A DNA stretch of 64,000 nucleotides from assembly GCA_000990005.1 (NCBI GenBank), contig LBPF01000001.1, forward strand, positions 26,315-90,314, written 5' to 3'. A program made the position numbers and the translations under genes. Positions 26,289-36,376 of this stretch are shown here, piece by piece. This DNA comes from Candidatus Woesebacteria bacterium GW2011_GWB1_33_38 (lineage in GTDB: Bacteria > Patescibacteriota > Microgenomatia > UBA8517). The notes under the pieces are model-generated. The model saw only the letters and a program-made list of their open reading frames with translations, was not told where the DNA came from and did not search any database. Within the stretch, counting starts at the first letter, position 1. Each line of letters opens with the position of its first letter.

Positions 26289-27736
26289 ATTTTATTAAAA
26301 AAAACTGGATTTTAATTGCAATTTTATTAGTAGGCGCATTTCTTAGGCTTTATAAAATTGATTCGTACATGACCTTTTTAGGAGACGAGGGAAGGGACGT
26401 TATAATTGTTAGAAATTTACTAGTTAATGTTGATCCAATTTTAATTGGTCCAGGTACTTCAGTTGGAGGAATGTATTTAGGTCCACTTTATTATTACTTC
26501 ATGGCACCCTTTTTATTATTAGCAAATTTTTCTCCAGTTGGTCCTGCTATTGGTGTTGCCTTACTTGGCGTTGCAACAATTTATCTAGTTTATAAAGCAG
26601 GACGTGATTGGTTTTCTGAAAAAACAGGATTGTTTACAGCGATATTGTACGCAATTTCACCTACAGTAATTACTTTTTCTCATTCATCTTGGAATCCAAA
26701 CATTATGCCTTTTTTTGCACTTTTATCGGTGTATTCAATCTGGAAGGTTTGGAAATTAAAGCAATTTAAATGGCTTTTGATCTGTTCTGTCTCATATGCA
26801 TTTGTGCTTCAGTCTCACTATTTAGGATTACTTCTTGGACCTATCTTGTTGATATATTGGTTTTTAGCAAAAGTTCCACTTAAATACAATCTAATTCCAT
26901 TATTTGTATTTTTATTTCTAATGTCCCCGTTAGTAATTTTTGACTTTCGTCATGATTTTATGAATAGTAAGGCACTTTATAAGTTTATAACAGTTAGAGA
27001 GGAAACGGTATCAATCAAACCTTGGACAGTAATTCCTAGGCTTTTCCCTATTTTTGAACAAATCAATGAAAGTCTTTTAATTGCTAAGAATATAATTTTT
27101 GGTAAAATAATTACTTTGTTACTATCGTCTTTTCTTATTTTTTCTTTTTTTAAAAATAAAAAACTATTCACTAATCAATATTCACTAATCACTTTGTGGT
27201 TATTGGTAGGATTGGTTGGTTTTGGAATTTATAAACAGCCTGTTTATGATCACTATTTTGGTTTTTTATTTCCTGTACCGTTTTTATTTACTGGAGCTTT
27301 TTTGTCAAAAATATACGAAAGTAAATACAAAATATTTTCTGTTTTAATGTTGGGATATTTAGTTTCAATTAACTTAATTAATTCACCAATTAGGAACTAT
27401 CCCAATAATCAGATGCAGAGAGCAAAAAATGTCTCAACTAAAGTTCTTGAGATTGCTCAAGGTAACCCGTTTAATTTGGCAGTTTTGGCTGAAAGAAATT
27501 ATGAAGACGGTTATAGGTATTTTATGGAACTTAGTGGTGCACAAGTTATGCATGCGGACAGATGGGATCAAAAAACCATAGTTGATAATTTAATTGTTAT
27601 TTGTGAGATGCCTCAAGAAAAATGTGATCCGACACATTCACCAAAAGCTGAAGTTGCCAACTTTGGTTGGAGTAAAATCGAGAATCAATGGACTGTCGAC
27701 GGTGTTATAATATATAAATTGATACACACCCAATGA
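26285..27736 (+). CDS. GT-C ArnT/PMT-family glycosyltransferase
   Basis: LRLYKI...FLGDEGRD, YLGPLYYY, SWNPN. Confidence 0.85.
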   Translation: MNFIKKNWILIAILLVGAFLRLYKIDSYMTFLGDEGRDVIIVRNLLVNVDPILIGPGTSVGGMYLGPLYYYFMAPFLLLANFSPVGPAIGVALLGVATIYLVYKAGRDWFSEKTGLFTAILYAISPTVITFSHSSWNPNIMPFFALLSVYSIWKVWKLKQFKWLLICSVSYAFVLQSHYLGLLLGPILLIYWFLAKVPLKYNLIPLFVFLFLMSPLVIFDFRHDFMNSKALYKFITVREETVSIKPWTVIPRLFPIFEQINESLLIAKNIIFGKIITLLLSSFLIFSFFKNKKLFTNQYSLITLWLLVGLVGFGIYKQPVYDHYFGFLFPVPFLFTGAFLSKIYESKYKIFSVLMLGYLVSINLINSPIRNYPNNQMQRAKNVSTKVLEIAQGNPFNLAVLAERNYEDGYRYFMELSGAQVMHADRWDQKTIVDNLIVICEMPQEKCDPTHSPKAEVANFGWSKIENQWTVDGVIIYKLIHTQ

Positions 27737-28722
27737 ATTATCCTGAATCACAATTAATTTTAGAGGAAATTAAAAAGGCAAACAAAATACTTTTGAATTG
27801 CCATAGGGGCCCAGACTCAGATACTGTAGGAAGCGCTTTATCCATGGCGGAAATACTTAGAAATATGGGTAAAGAAATAGAAATAATCTGTCCCAGTAAT
27901 ATTCCAGAAGATTTGTTCTTTTTGGAAGGAAGTAAAGATATTAAAAAAGTTGATTTTAAAACTTTTGATTTTTCGGCATTTGATCTATTTATTGTCATGG
28001 ATTCCTCAACTTATGGTATGGTGGCTAACTCAAAAGAGATTGATAAACCTAATACTAAAATTATTGTGATAGATCATCATCATACGAATGAAGGTTTTGG
28101 CAGTATTAATTTGATTGATAGTAAAATTACTTCAACATCAGAACTGCTTTATAAAATATTTTTTGATTGGAGTGTAACTTTAAATCAAAAGGTTGCAACT
28201 TGTTTATTGACGGGAATTATTGGGGATACTGGAGCATTCCAATATGGAGGAGTTGGCAAATCAACCTTGTTGATAGCGGGTGAGTTAATTGATTTAGGGG
28301 CGGATAAAGATGAAATTATTTACAATATTTACAGAAGTATTAATTTCAAGACAATAAAGTTTTGGGGCAAAGTTATTGAAATGATGCAAATTGATGAAAA
28401 AAGTCATTTTGTATGGTCAGCTATACCATTATCGATATATGAAGAATATGGTAAAGACTCTTCAGCCAAAGAAGATGGCGCTAATTTATTTTTCCCAGTA
28501 GTTAAAAACACTGATTTTGGCGTCATCATGGTCGAAACAGATAAAGACATTTTATCTATAAGTTTCAGATCAAGAAAAGATTTTGATGTTTCAAAAATAG
28601 CTGAAGAGGTTGGCGGAGGTGGACACAAGCCGGCAGCGGGAGCAAAAGTTGAAAATCGTTTTGATGAAGCTGTTGAGAAAGTTTTATCTGCTTGCAGAAA
28701 ATATGCTAATAAAAAAGTATAA
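27733..28722 (+). CDS. DHH/DHHA1 phosphoesterase (NrnA-like)
   Basis: HRGPDSDTVGS, IDHH, GIIGDTG, SFRS, GGGGH. Confidence 0.92.
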   Translation: MNYPESQLILEEIKKANKILLNCHRGPDSDTVGSALSMAEILRNMGKEIEIICPSNIPEDLFFLEGSKDIKKVDFKTFDFSAFDLFIVMDSSTYGMVANSKEIDKPNTKIIVIDHHHTNEGFGSINLIDSKITSTSELLYKIFFDWSVTLNQKVATCLLTGIIGDTGAFQYGGVGKSTLLIAGELIDLGADKDEIIYNIYRSINFKTIKFWGKVIEMMQIDEKSHFVWSAIPLSIYEEYGKDSSAKEDGANLFFPVVKNTDFGVIMVETDKDILSISFRSRKDFDVSKIAEEVGGGGHKPAAGAKVENRFDEAVEKVLSACRKYANKKV

Positions 28723-30066
28723 GCAAAGCTTGCTACTTCGTAGTAGAAATTTTTTTACCCCCTGGAATTTATTGATTTTAATAATTTTACTCCTTGCCTT
28801 TATCTTAAGAATTTATAAAATTGGAGAAACTCTTGATTTCCATTATGATCAAGGAAGAGACGCATTAGTTATTTGGGAATTATGGCATAGAGACAAATTA
28901 TTTTTAATTGGACCAGTTACAGGACTTGAGGGAGTTTTTTTAGGTCCACTTTATTATTATTTAATTGCCCCCTTTTATTTAATTAGTGGTGGAAATCCTG
29001 TTATCCCATCTATTTTTTTATCTTTTTTAACTGTTTTATCTTTACTTATTTTATATTTAACTGGCGTTGAACTTGGCGGAAAAGTAACTGGATTTATAGC
29101 CTTAATAATTGGTTCATTTTCAAACTATATTATTTTTTCTAACAGATGGCTTAGTAATCCTACACCTATATATTTAACTTCAATATTAATTTTTTATGTT
29201 ATGATTTTAATTTTAAAAAGACATAAATTTTACTATTGGTACTTCATTTACTTACTAGTTGGTATATCACTGCATTTTGAACTAGCTAGTGCGATCTTTT
29301 ATTTGCCTATCCTTCTTTTTTTTACAATTTGGCAAAAACCTAAATTAAAAATATTTATACTTTCTGCATTTTTCTTGTTTTTGACTTTAATACCTCAAAT
29401 TTTGTTTAATTTTAAACACGAAAATATTTTATTTAACAATATAATCAAAAACTTAGATCAAAATAATTTTGTTGAAATTAATTATTTGGCAAGATTAGAA
29501 AATATATGGAAAATAATCGTTGGGATATTTTGATACTATTTTTATTATTTTTAGGAATTCCATTAATTTGTTATACTTTCTATTCGGGTAACAATGGTAA
29601 TTTGTATGGTTATTATTTGACCGGATTTTATTTACCCATAATTTTAGGGATTTCGTTAATTGTCGCGCGTTTTTGGAAACTTACAATTTTTTTAATTGTT
29701 ATATTTTTATTTTTTAACTTAAAGCAAACTACTTATAAATTCAATAATCCAGATCAAATTAACTTTTCAAACCAGCTCAAAGCAGTTGAATGGATTAAAA
29801 ATGATGGTGGAAATGAAAAGTTTAATATTGATGTTTATGTGCCACCAGTTATTCCTTATTCATATGAGTATTTATTTAAATGGATGGATATTAAACAAGA
29901 TGAAAATAAAGTTTCTTTACTCTATACTTTATATGAAATTGATTCACCTCATCCTGAAAGACTTGTGGTCTGGCTTGAACGGCAAAAAAGAATAGGAAAA
30001 GTTATGGAAAAAGTACAGTTTGGTGGAATTACGGTAGAAAGAAGAGAAAGAATATTATATGAATAA
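28703..30066 (+). pseudogene. ArnT/PMT-family GT-C split by a frameshift into 28703-29533 and 29506-30066
   Basis: First part FHYDQGRD/LGPLYYY/LSNP; second part has the last TMs and soluble tail; frames join if T4 at 29528-29531 gains one base. Confidence 0.6.
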
Positions 30067-30805
30067 ATTATATTTAAGCATTGTTATACCCTCTTATAAT
30101 GAAGAAAACAATATAAGAACGGGATCACTTTCTGGTATGGTTGATTATCTCAAAGAACAAGACTATTCATGGGAAATATTGGTTGTTGATGATGGATCAA
30201 CGGACAAAACTGCTGAATTAGCTCTTAAATTTGCTGAAACTCACAAAAATATTAGAGTATTAAAAGAACCACATCGAGGTAAAGGTGGTACAGTTATTGC
30301 AGGAATGCTTAAAGCAATTGGTGAAATTGTTATTTTTGATGATATGGATCAAGCAACCCCCATAGATCAGTTAGAAAAGATATTACCTAAATTTAGAGAA
30401 AAATATGATGTTGTTATCGGGTCACGTGCTGGTAGAGAGGGAGCACCATTAATTCGAAAAACTATGGCTTTGGGCCTTTCAATTTTGCGAAATATTGTTT
30501 TACAACTTCCTTATAAAGATACTCAATGTGGATTTAAAGCTTTTACTAAGCCAGCTTCTGAGAAGATTTTTAAAAAATTGCAAATATTTAACAACAATCA
30601 AGCGCAGGCAGGAGCTTCGGTATCGGCAGGATTTGATCTGGAAATATTATATGTAGCTAGAAAACTAAAATTAAAAATTACTGAGGTTCCAGTTGTTTGG
30701 CACCATAAAGAGGGAACAAAAGTAAATCCGATCAAGGATTCATGGGAGGGACTAAGAGATTTATTAAAAATTAGAATAAATGCCATAAAGGGAATTTATA
30801 GGTGA
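30059..30805 (+). CDS. GT2 polyprenol-phosphate glucosyltransferase-like
   Basis: IPSYNEE, VDDGSTD, DMDQATP, DTQCGFK, FDLEIL. Confidence 0.9.
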   Translation: MNKLYLSIVIPSYNEENNIRTGSLSGMVDYLKEQDYSWEILVVDDGSTDKTAELALKFAETHKNIRVLKEPHRGKGGTVIAGMLKAIGEIVIFDDMDQATPIDQLEKILPKFREKYDVVIGSRAGREGAPLIRKTMALGLSILRNIVLQLPYKDTQCGFKAFTKPASEKIFKKLQIFNNNQAQAGASVSAGFDLEILYVARKLKLKITEVPVVWHHKEGTKVNPIKDSWEGLRDLLKIRINAIKGIYR

Positions 30806-32175
30806 AAAAATATTTAAAATATTTTCTAGTTATATCATTATTAGTTTTTGGCTTGTTCTTGCGAATTTATAAACTTCAGGAAAGAACTTTATTTGACGCG
30901 GATCAAGAATGGCTGGCAACTCGTGCAGATAAAATTGTAAAAGGAGACTTTGCACTTTTGGGTCAAGTCACGTCAGTTGGTAATTTTTCTATAGGTCCAG
31001 GGTATATCTATCTTGTAAGTTTTACTTCATTACTGATGGATAATAATCCAATTTCAGGTGCAGTTTTAAGTGTTATTTTAGGTGTTATAACCTTATTTTT
31101 AATTTATTTATTTGCTGACAGATTTATTGACAATAAAACTTCAATTATTTTACTTCTTTTAACAGTAACCTCGTTTAACTTAATTACGTGGGACCAAACG
31201 CCTTGGGCGCCTTCCCTTTTTTTTATTGCTCAGATAATACTTCTAACAGGTGCATACCTTTCTCAAAAAAATCAAATAGGTTATTTAGTTATGTCGCTTG
31301 GTTTTATTTTAGGTTTTCAATCACATTTTGGGATAGTCTTAAGTCTATTTTCTATTTTAACTTATTTTATATTTGCAAATCCTGTTCGACCAAAGATGTT
31401 AACAATCGTTTACACAAGCCTAATTGTGATAATTGGATTGTCCTCAAATATAGTTTTTGACGTAGCGCATAACTTTAGTAACTTTAATAAACTTGCCGGG
31501 ATTTTTAAAGGCGACAGCCTAGATTATTTTCTAGGATTTGGGAAAATTATTAATATTTTGTCCAATAATATTGTTCCAACTTTATATCCCAGGAATGTTA
31601 ATATTCTTGACAATATAATTGTCAAAGGTATATTTGCTCTGATATTGGTCAATTGCATTAGTTTTTTAAGAGATAAAAATAAAAATAAACTTTCACTTCT
31701 TCTTTTAATTACTACTGCCTTTCCATCACTCTTTTTCTTTATTCAACAGGGAAAATTTTCAGAATATTATTTACTGATGACTGTACCATCTTTATTGTTT
31801 ATGTTAGCCTTTTTCTTAAAAACATTATCGAAACAAAAGGCTATATTTATATTTGTTTTAATAGTAGCTACTTATTTAAATTTGAAAGCTTGGTATGGTT
31901 ATAAAAAGAGTTGGAGCTTAAAATCAAAAACAGATATCGCTGAGTTTATTGTTGATAAGGTAGGTTATGAAAATTATGGAATTTCTCTAAGTACTAAACT
32001 TGGGGATGGTTTTGGATTTAAATATATTTTCGATTATTATGGAATTAAAGCCGATGTTCCTCCCAAAAAAGGAGAAACCAAAATATTTTCAATTATTATT
32101 CCAGATGGATTTGATGGAATGAAAGGATTAAAAACATTTGACGGCATCGGCCTCATCTGGCAAGGTTTTGACTAA
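30802..32175 (+). CDS. GT-C ArnT/PMT-family glycosyltransferase
   Basis: LRIYKL...FDADQE, IGPGYIY, PWAP, QSH. Confidence 0.8.
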   Translation: MKKYLKYFLVISLLVFGLFLRIYKLQERTLFDADQEWLATRADKIVKGDFALLGQVTSVGNFSIGPGYIYLVSFTSLLMDNNPISGAVLSVILGVITLFLIYLFADRFIDNKTSIILLLLTVTSFNLITWDQTPWAPSLFFIAQIILLTGAYLSQKNQIGYLVMSLGFILGFQSHFGIVLSLFSILTYFIFANPVRPKMLTIVYTSLIVIIGLSSNIVFDVAHNFSNFNKLAGIFKGDSLDYFLGFGKIINILSNNIVPTLYPRNVNILDNIIVKGIFALILVNCISFLRDKNKNKLSLLLLITTAFPSLFFFIQQGKFSEYYLLMTVPSLLFMLAFFLKTLSKQKAIFIFVLIVATYLNLKAWYGYKKSWSLKSKTDIAEFIVDKVGYENYGISLSTKLGDGFGFKYIFDYYGIKADVPPKKGETKIFSIIIPDGFDGMKGLKTFDGIGLIWQGFD

Positions 32176-32231
32176 AGTGTTATATTTAACAAAGTGAAAA
32201 ATGCAATTTTGATAAATCTAATTAATGTTGG

Positions 32232-32259
32232 TGTATCACTGTACTAGTACAGTGATACA
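32232..32259. repeat. 28-bp perfect palindrome, type B
   Basis: TGTATCACTGT-ACTAGT-ACAGTGATACA. Confidence 0.95.
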
Positions 32260-32281
32260 ATTAATTTAAGAGCGTGGTTTC

Positions 32282-32309
32282 TGGATCAATGAATTGATTC
32301 ATTGATACA
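32282..32309. repeat. 28-bp palindrome, type A copy 3
   Basis: TGGATCAATGA-ATTGAT-TCATTGATACA, 2 bp before GTG 32312. Confidence 0.95.
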
Positions 32310-32311
32310 AG

Positions 32312-33055
32312 GTGAATAATTTAATAACAAAAAATGAAATGATTTTACTTGAAGATATAAAACAAAAATTAAATAACAATGGAAAATATTGGATTGCTTT
32401 TGTTGGAGACTCCATAACATCCTGTGAATGGGTACATCCAAACTGGAGAGAAATAGTCGAGTATGTATTACAAGAAGAAATGACCAAATTCATGGGAGAT
32501 TGGCAAAAATCTGAGTGGGGAATAAGGGGATTTAACCTTGCACTTGATGGTTCAACGACAAAAGACATATTGGACAGGGTTGATACTATTAAATTGATTA
32601 GTCCAGACCTAGTAATAGGTTTAATGGGTGGAAATGATCCTGTGTTGGGCATTGATGTACAAAGTAGCGTTGAAAATGTAATTAAGATTGTAAATAAATT
32701 AAACACACAGGTTGTATGGTGTAACTCAACCCCTGCGGGAGACGGTTCTAAAAAAAATAAAGAGTATGAACCTTATGCAAAAGCTTTTATGGATGTTCCT
32801 GGTCTACCTAACCTCCAAAAAATTGATATGTTTAGCATATACCAAAAGTTTTCGACAGAGAAGTTTTTCACTTTCATTTCTGAGGAAAATTCAGTTGAAG
32901 GTATTAAAGCAGGTGAGGTTGACCTACAACATCCAAATCAACTGGGAAATGCCTATATTGCCAAAGTTATTTTGAAAGAAGTTTTTAATATTGATTTTGA
33001 CCCTGAGTTGTATATTAAAACAACATTATCTGGTGAAAAGTTTCCAAAATACTAA
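32312..33055 (+). CDS. SGNH/GDSL hydrolase
   Basis: FVGDSIT, GGND, DLQHPN. Confidence 0.88.
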   Translation: MNNLITKNEMILLEDIKQKLNNNGKYWIAFVGDSITSCEWVHPNWREIVEYVLQEEMTKFMGDWQKSEWGIRGFNLALDGSTTKDILDRVDTIKLISPDLVIGLMGGNDPVLGIDVQSSVENVIKIVNKLNTQVVWCNSTPAGDGSKKNKEYEPYAKAFMDVPGLPNLQKIDMFSIYQKFSTEKFFTFISEENSVEGIKAGEVDLQHPNQLGNAYIAKVILKEVFNIDFDPELYIKTTLSGEKFPKY

Positions 33056-33094
33056 TCTGTTGACTTAGGTATTGATTCGGTATACTGTTAATTA

Positions 33095-33355
33095 ATGGTT
33101 AAGAAAATAAAAGAATTCAGATTTTGTTACCACGATTATAAAAAAGCTATACCAGTTGGAAAAATTGACCATATGTGCCCAAAATGCTTAAAAATTTTAG
33201 ATCCTGGAGAATGGTTTTTGATGACGAATTTCGATGTAGTTGATGTTTCATCTGAAGAAACCAAGAGAGAATTGCGAAAGAAAGATAGAGAAACAAGTAG
33301 AAAAGTTATTAGTAAGTACAAATTTAGCCCAAAAAGTATTAAACTAATTAAATAA
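33095..33355 (+). CDS. Small hypothetical protein with possible zinc finger
   Basis: CYH...CPKC; TTGACT and TATACT boxes upstream. Confidence 0.55.
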   Translation: MVKKIKEFRFCYHDYKKAIPVGKIDHMCPKCLKILDPGEWFLMTNFDVVDVSSEETKRELRKKDRETSRKVISKYKFSPKSIKLIK

Positions 33356-34092
33356 TGAAAAAACAGAAAATCGTTGTTGTAACAGGGGCAAGTTATGGAT
33401 TAGGTAAGTCTTTATCTGGCAGATTTCTTTTAAACGGCTATAAAGTGTATGGCATTTCACGAACTAATCCGAATATTAATGATAATAACTTTATTTGGGT
33501 TAACGTAGATTTATTAAAGTCAGAAAGTTTTGAATTAATCAAAAATTCAATTTCAGAATCAAAAATTGATATATTAATTAATAATGCAGGGGTTGTGTTT
33601 GCTGAAAAATCTTTAGACTTTACTGAAGAAACTTTTAATAAAACATTTGGTATTAATTTGATCGCTCCTATAAAATTAACATCATTATTAAAACAGAAGC
33701 TTCAAGGAGGGGTAGTAGTAAATATTTCGTCGACTTCGGATCGATTTGCAGAAGATGGTTTGGGGATGTATTGTTCTTCAAAAGTAGCCATTGATATTTA
33801 TTTTGATTCTGTTGCTATAGAAAACAAAGATATCAAAGTATTAACAATTTTACCCGTTTATGTTGATACACCAATGCTAAAGGACATAGCAGCTAAATTA
33901 GGATTTACAACAGATGACGCGGTAGATCCATTAAAGGTTGCAGAGGCAATTGAAAAGATAATTACTGATCAGAAATTAGAATCTGGCTCAAGAATAATGA
34001 TTTTGACTAACAAATCAATGAATGAAATAATAAATTCTGAAAGACTTTATTATTATAATATTGATACAAAAGAGTTTAAAAAAGTGAAATGA
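33355..34092 (+). CDS. Short-chain dehydrogenase/reductase
   Basis: TGASYGLG, NNAG, YCSSK. Confidence 0.9.
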   Translation: MKKQKIVVVTGASYGLGKSLSGRFLLNGYKVYGISRTNPNINDNNFIWVNVDLLKSESFELIKNSISESKIDILINNAGVVFAEKSLDFTEETFNKTFGINLIAPIKLTSLLKQKLQGGVVVNISSTSDRFAEDGLGMYCSSKVAIDIYFDSVAIENKDIKVLTILPVYVDTPMLKDIAAKLGFTTDDAVDPLKVAEAIEKIITDQKLESGSRIMILTNKSMNEIINSERLYYYNIDTKEFKKVK

Positions 34093-34128
34093 TTTTGTTT
34101 TTATTGACACTTATGTAATAATGTAAGT

Positions 34129-34308
34129 ATGAATAATAAAGCAAAGCCAGAAAAGATAAATAGCGTCTTTAAGTTAGGTGGCAGGAAAGTTTCTGTCAAA
34201 GATTTTAGTGGTTTTAATGAAAGGACTGTTAAAGATTTTGAAAAAGCGTTGAGAATATTATCCGTGAAAAAAGTTTTCCCTCAGCCAAACTTTATAATAA
34301 ATGAGTGA
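34129..34308 (+). CDS. 59-aa basic protein, putative antitoxin (absent from ORF track)
   Basis: MNNKAKPEKINSVFKLGGRKVSVKDFSGFNERTVKDFEKALRILSVKKVFPQPNFIINE; overlaps PIN gene by 8 nt; TTGACA upstream. Confidence 0.5.
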   Translation: MNNKAKPEKINSVFKLGGRKVSVKDFSGFNERTVKDFEKALRILSVKKVFPQPNFIINE

Positions 34309-34837
34309 TACAAACGATTTAGGTTCAAAGAATCCAATACAAAATATTATTTTGGATACTTGTATACTTCAATATTTATCGAATAAGTACCTAAAAGGCG
34401 AATTGGGAAAGTATTTATTAAGTTTGGTAGGTAGAGGTTTTGGTTTAGCTATCTCTGACATTTCGATATCGGAATTGTTGCAGGATGCAACTTTGGAACA
34501 GGAAAAAATAAGTTCTTCAACACTAAGTTTATTTAACAGATATCCTTTGAACGAAGATATTCTAATTGCTGGTGCTCAGATTTCAACGCTTTATAAAATT
34601 GATAACACTAAAAATAATTCAATTTCGTTGCCAGACAAAATAATTGCTTCAGCTTCTGTATTAAGCGGGTCTTTAATTCTTACTGCTGATGTCAACGATT
34701 ATCCTAGACTATTTTTTAGTGAAGCTGAGGAAAAATGGATTCTGTATAGAAAGAATAACAAAAACAATATTTTAGTTATCCAGTTATTGAGGCCGAATAC
34801 AGAATATATAAAGCAAAAGTTTTCCGAGAGAATATAA
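34301..34837 (+). CDS. PIN-domain (VapC-like) nuclease
   Basis: IILDTCIL, ISISELL, LPDKIIASA, LTADVNDY. Confidence 0.85.
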   Translation: MSDTNDLGSKNPIQNIILDTCILQYLSNKYLKGELGKYLLSLVGRGFGLAISDISISELLQDATLEQEKISSSTLSLFNRYPLNEDILIAGAQISTLYKIDNTKNNSISLPDKIIASASVLSGSLILTADVNDYPRLFFSEAEEKWILYRKNNKNNILVIQLLRPNTEYIKQKFSERI

Positions 34838-34843
34838 AAATAA

Positions 34844-36376
34844 ATGTATAAAACAAAAAAAATTATAAATGAATGGAAGTGGGCGGGGTTGGGACTATTT
34901 ATAATACTCATAATTGGTTTTGGAATTAGGATTACAAACTTAACAATACTACCTATCTTTGTAGATGAGGCAATATATGTCAGATGGGCACAGGTAATGG
35001 CTAATGAACCAACACTACGGTTTTTGCCTTTATCTGATGGTAAACAGCCTCTTTTTATGTGGATTTTAATGTTTTTAATTAACAGGTTCTCGGACCCTTT
35101 ATTTATAGGCCGTCTGATTTCAGTTTGTACTGGCATGGGTACTTTGCTTGGAGTTTTTACTTTAAGTTATTTACTTTTTAAATCCAAAAAGGTTTCCTTA
35201 TTAGCCTCTTTCCTCTATGCACTTTCACCTTTTGCTGTTTTCTTTGACAGAATGGCGCTTGTCGATTCAATGCTTTCAATGTTTGGTATCTGGACTGCGA
35301 TTTTTGGATTACTAACAGCCAAATACAAAAGGCTTGATCTTGCCATGGTAACTGGATTTTTGTTAGGATTTGCAGTACTTACAAAGTCCCCTGCAATTTT
35401 TATTGCACTTTTATTACCTTCTTTTTGGTTTTTGACAAATTGGAAAGGAATATGGCGATTGGGAGCAACTTATTTAATTGCGTTTGGAATTTACAATATC
35501 CAAAGACTTGGTCCAAATTTTGGGATGTTAACTTCAAGGACAGGAGATTATGTTTTGCCTTTAAGCCATATTTGGACAAACTTTTTTGACCCTTTAATTC
35601 CATACTTAAAAGATTTTGCAGTTTGGATTGTTACAATGGGACCTTTTATTTTAATTCCGTTATTTTTAATTGGAATTTATGTGGGTTTTAAAAAATACTT
35701 TAAAGAGACACTTGTCCTTTTTGCCTGGTTTTTATTCCCACTTTTTGTTCAAGCGGAGTTAGCTCGAGTTTTTACTGCAAGATATATATTTTTTATCTTG
35801 CCATATTTATTTATTTTATCTGGAATGGTTTTCTTATCAAAAGCTAAGTGGTTGCTGGTTACAAGTTATGGGTTAATAGGCCTTTTTGTTATTCAAAGTT
35901 CCATTTTCAATTTTTATTTACTGACAAATCCTGAAAAAGCAAACCTACCAAGGGGGGAAAGGTCTGGCTATTTGGAGGAGTGGACAGCTGGGCAAGGAAT
36001 AGCGGAAATTGCCAATTTCCTGAAAATTCAAAACCTCCAAAATCCAAAAACTCAAATTGTGGTGGGGACAGAAGGATACTTTGGGACACTGCCTGATGGA
36101 CTTCAAATATATGTTAATGATATTCCAAACATTGTAGTCATAGGAGTTGGGGTTATTGTTGATGGTACGCCCAAGAGTTTACGAGAAGCAGTTGATGCAG
36201 GCAATAAAACTTATTTAGTGGTTAATAAATCAAGATTTCATGCTAGTGCTGAGGAACAAGGTTTTAAGTTAATTAATAAGTTTACTAAAGGTTTAAGACT
36301 ACCAGATTCAGATCAATACACTAAGTTTGGTCCTCAAGAAGAACTTTTGTTTTTTGAGGTGCTACAATCTAAATAA
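34844..36376 (+). CDS. GT-C ArnT/PMT-family glycosyltransferase
   Basis: PIFVDEAIY, DGKQPLF, FFDRMALVDS. Confidence 0.85.
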   Translation: MYKTKKIINEWKWAGLGLFIILIIGFGIRITNLTILPIFVDEAIYVRWAQVMANEPTLRFLPLSDGKQPLFMWILMFLINRFSDPLFIGRLISVCTGMGTLLGVFTLSYLLFKSKKVSLLASFLYALSPFAVFFDRMALVDSMLSMFGIWTAIFGLLTAKYKRLDLAMVTGFLLGFAVLTKSPAIFIALLLPSFWFLTNWKGIWRLGATYLIAFGIYNIQRLGPNFGMLTSRTGDYVLPLSHIWTNFFDPLIPYLKDFAVWIVTMGPFILIPLFLIGIYVGFKKYFKETLVLFAWFLFPLFVQAELARVFTARYIFFILPYLFILSGMVFLSKAKWLLVTSYGLIGLFVIQSSIFNFYLLTNPEKANLPRGERSGYLEEWTAGQGIAEIANFLKIQNLQNPKTQIVVGTEGYFGTLPDGLQIYVNDIPNIVVIGVGVIVDGTPKSLREAVDAGNKTYLVVNKSRFHASAEEQGFKLINKFTKGLRLPDSDQYTKFGPQEELLFFEVLQSK

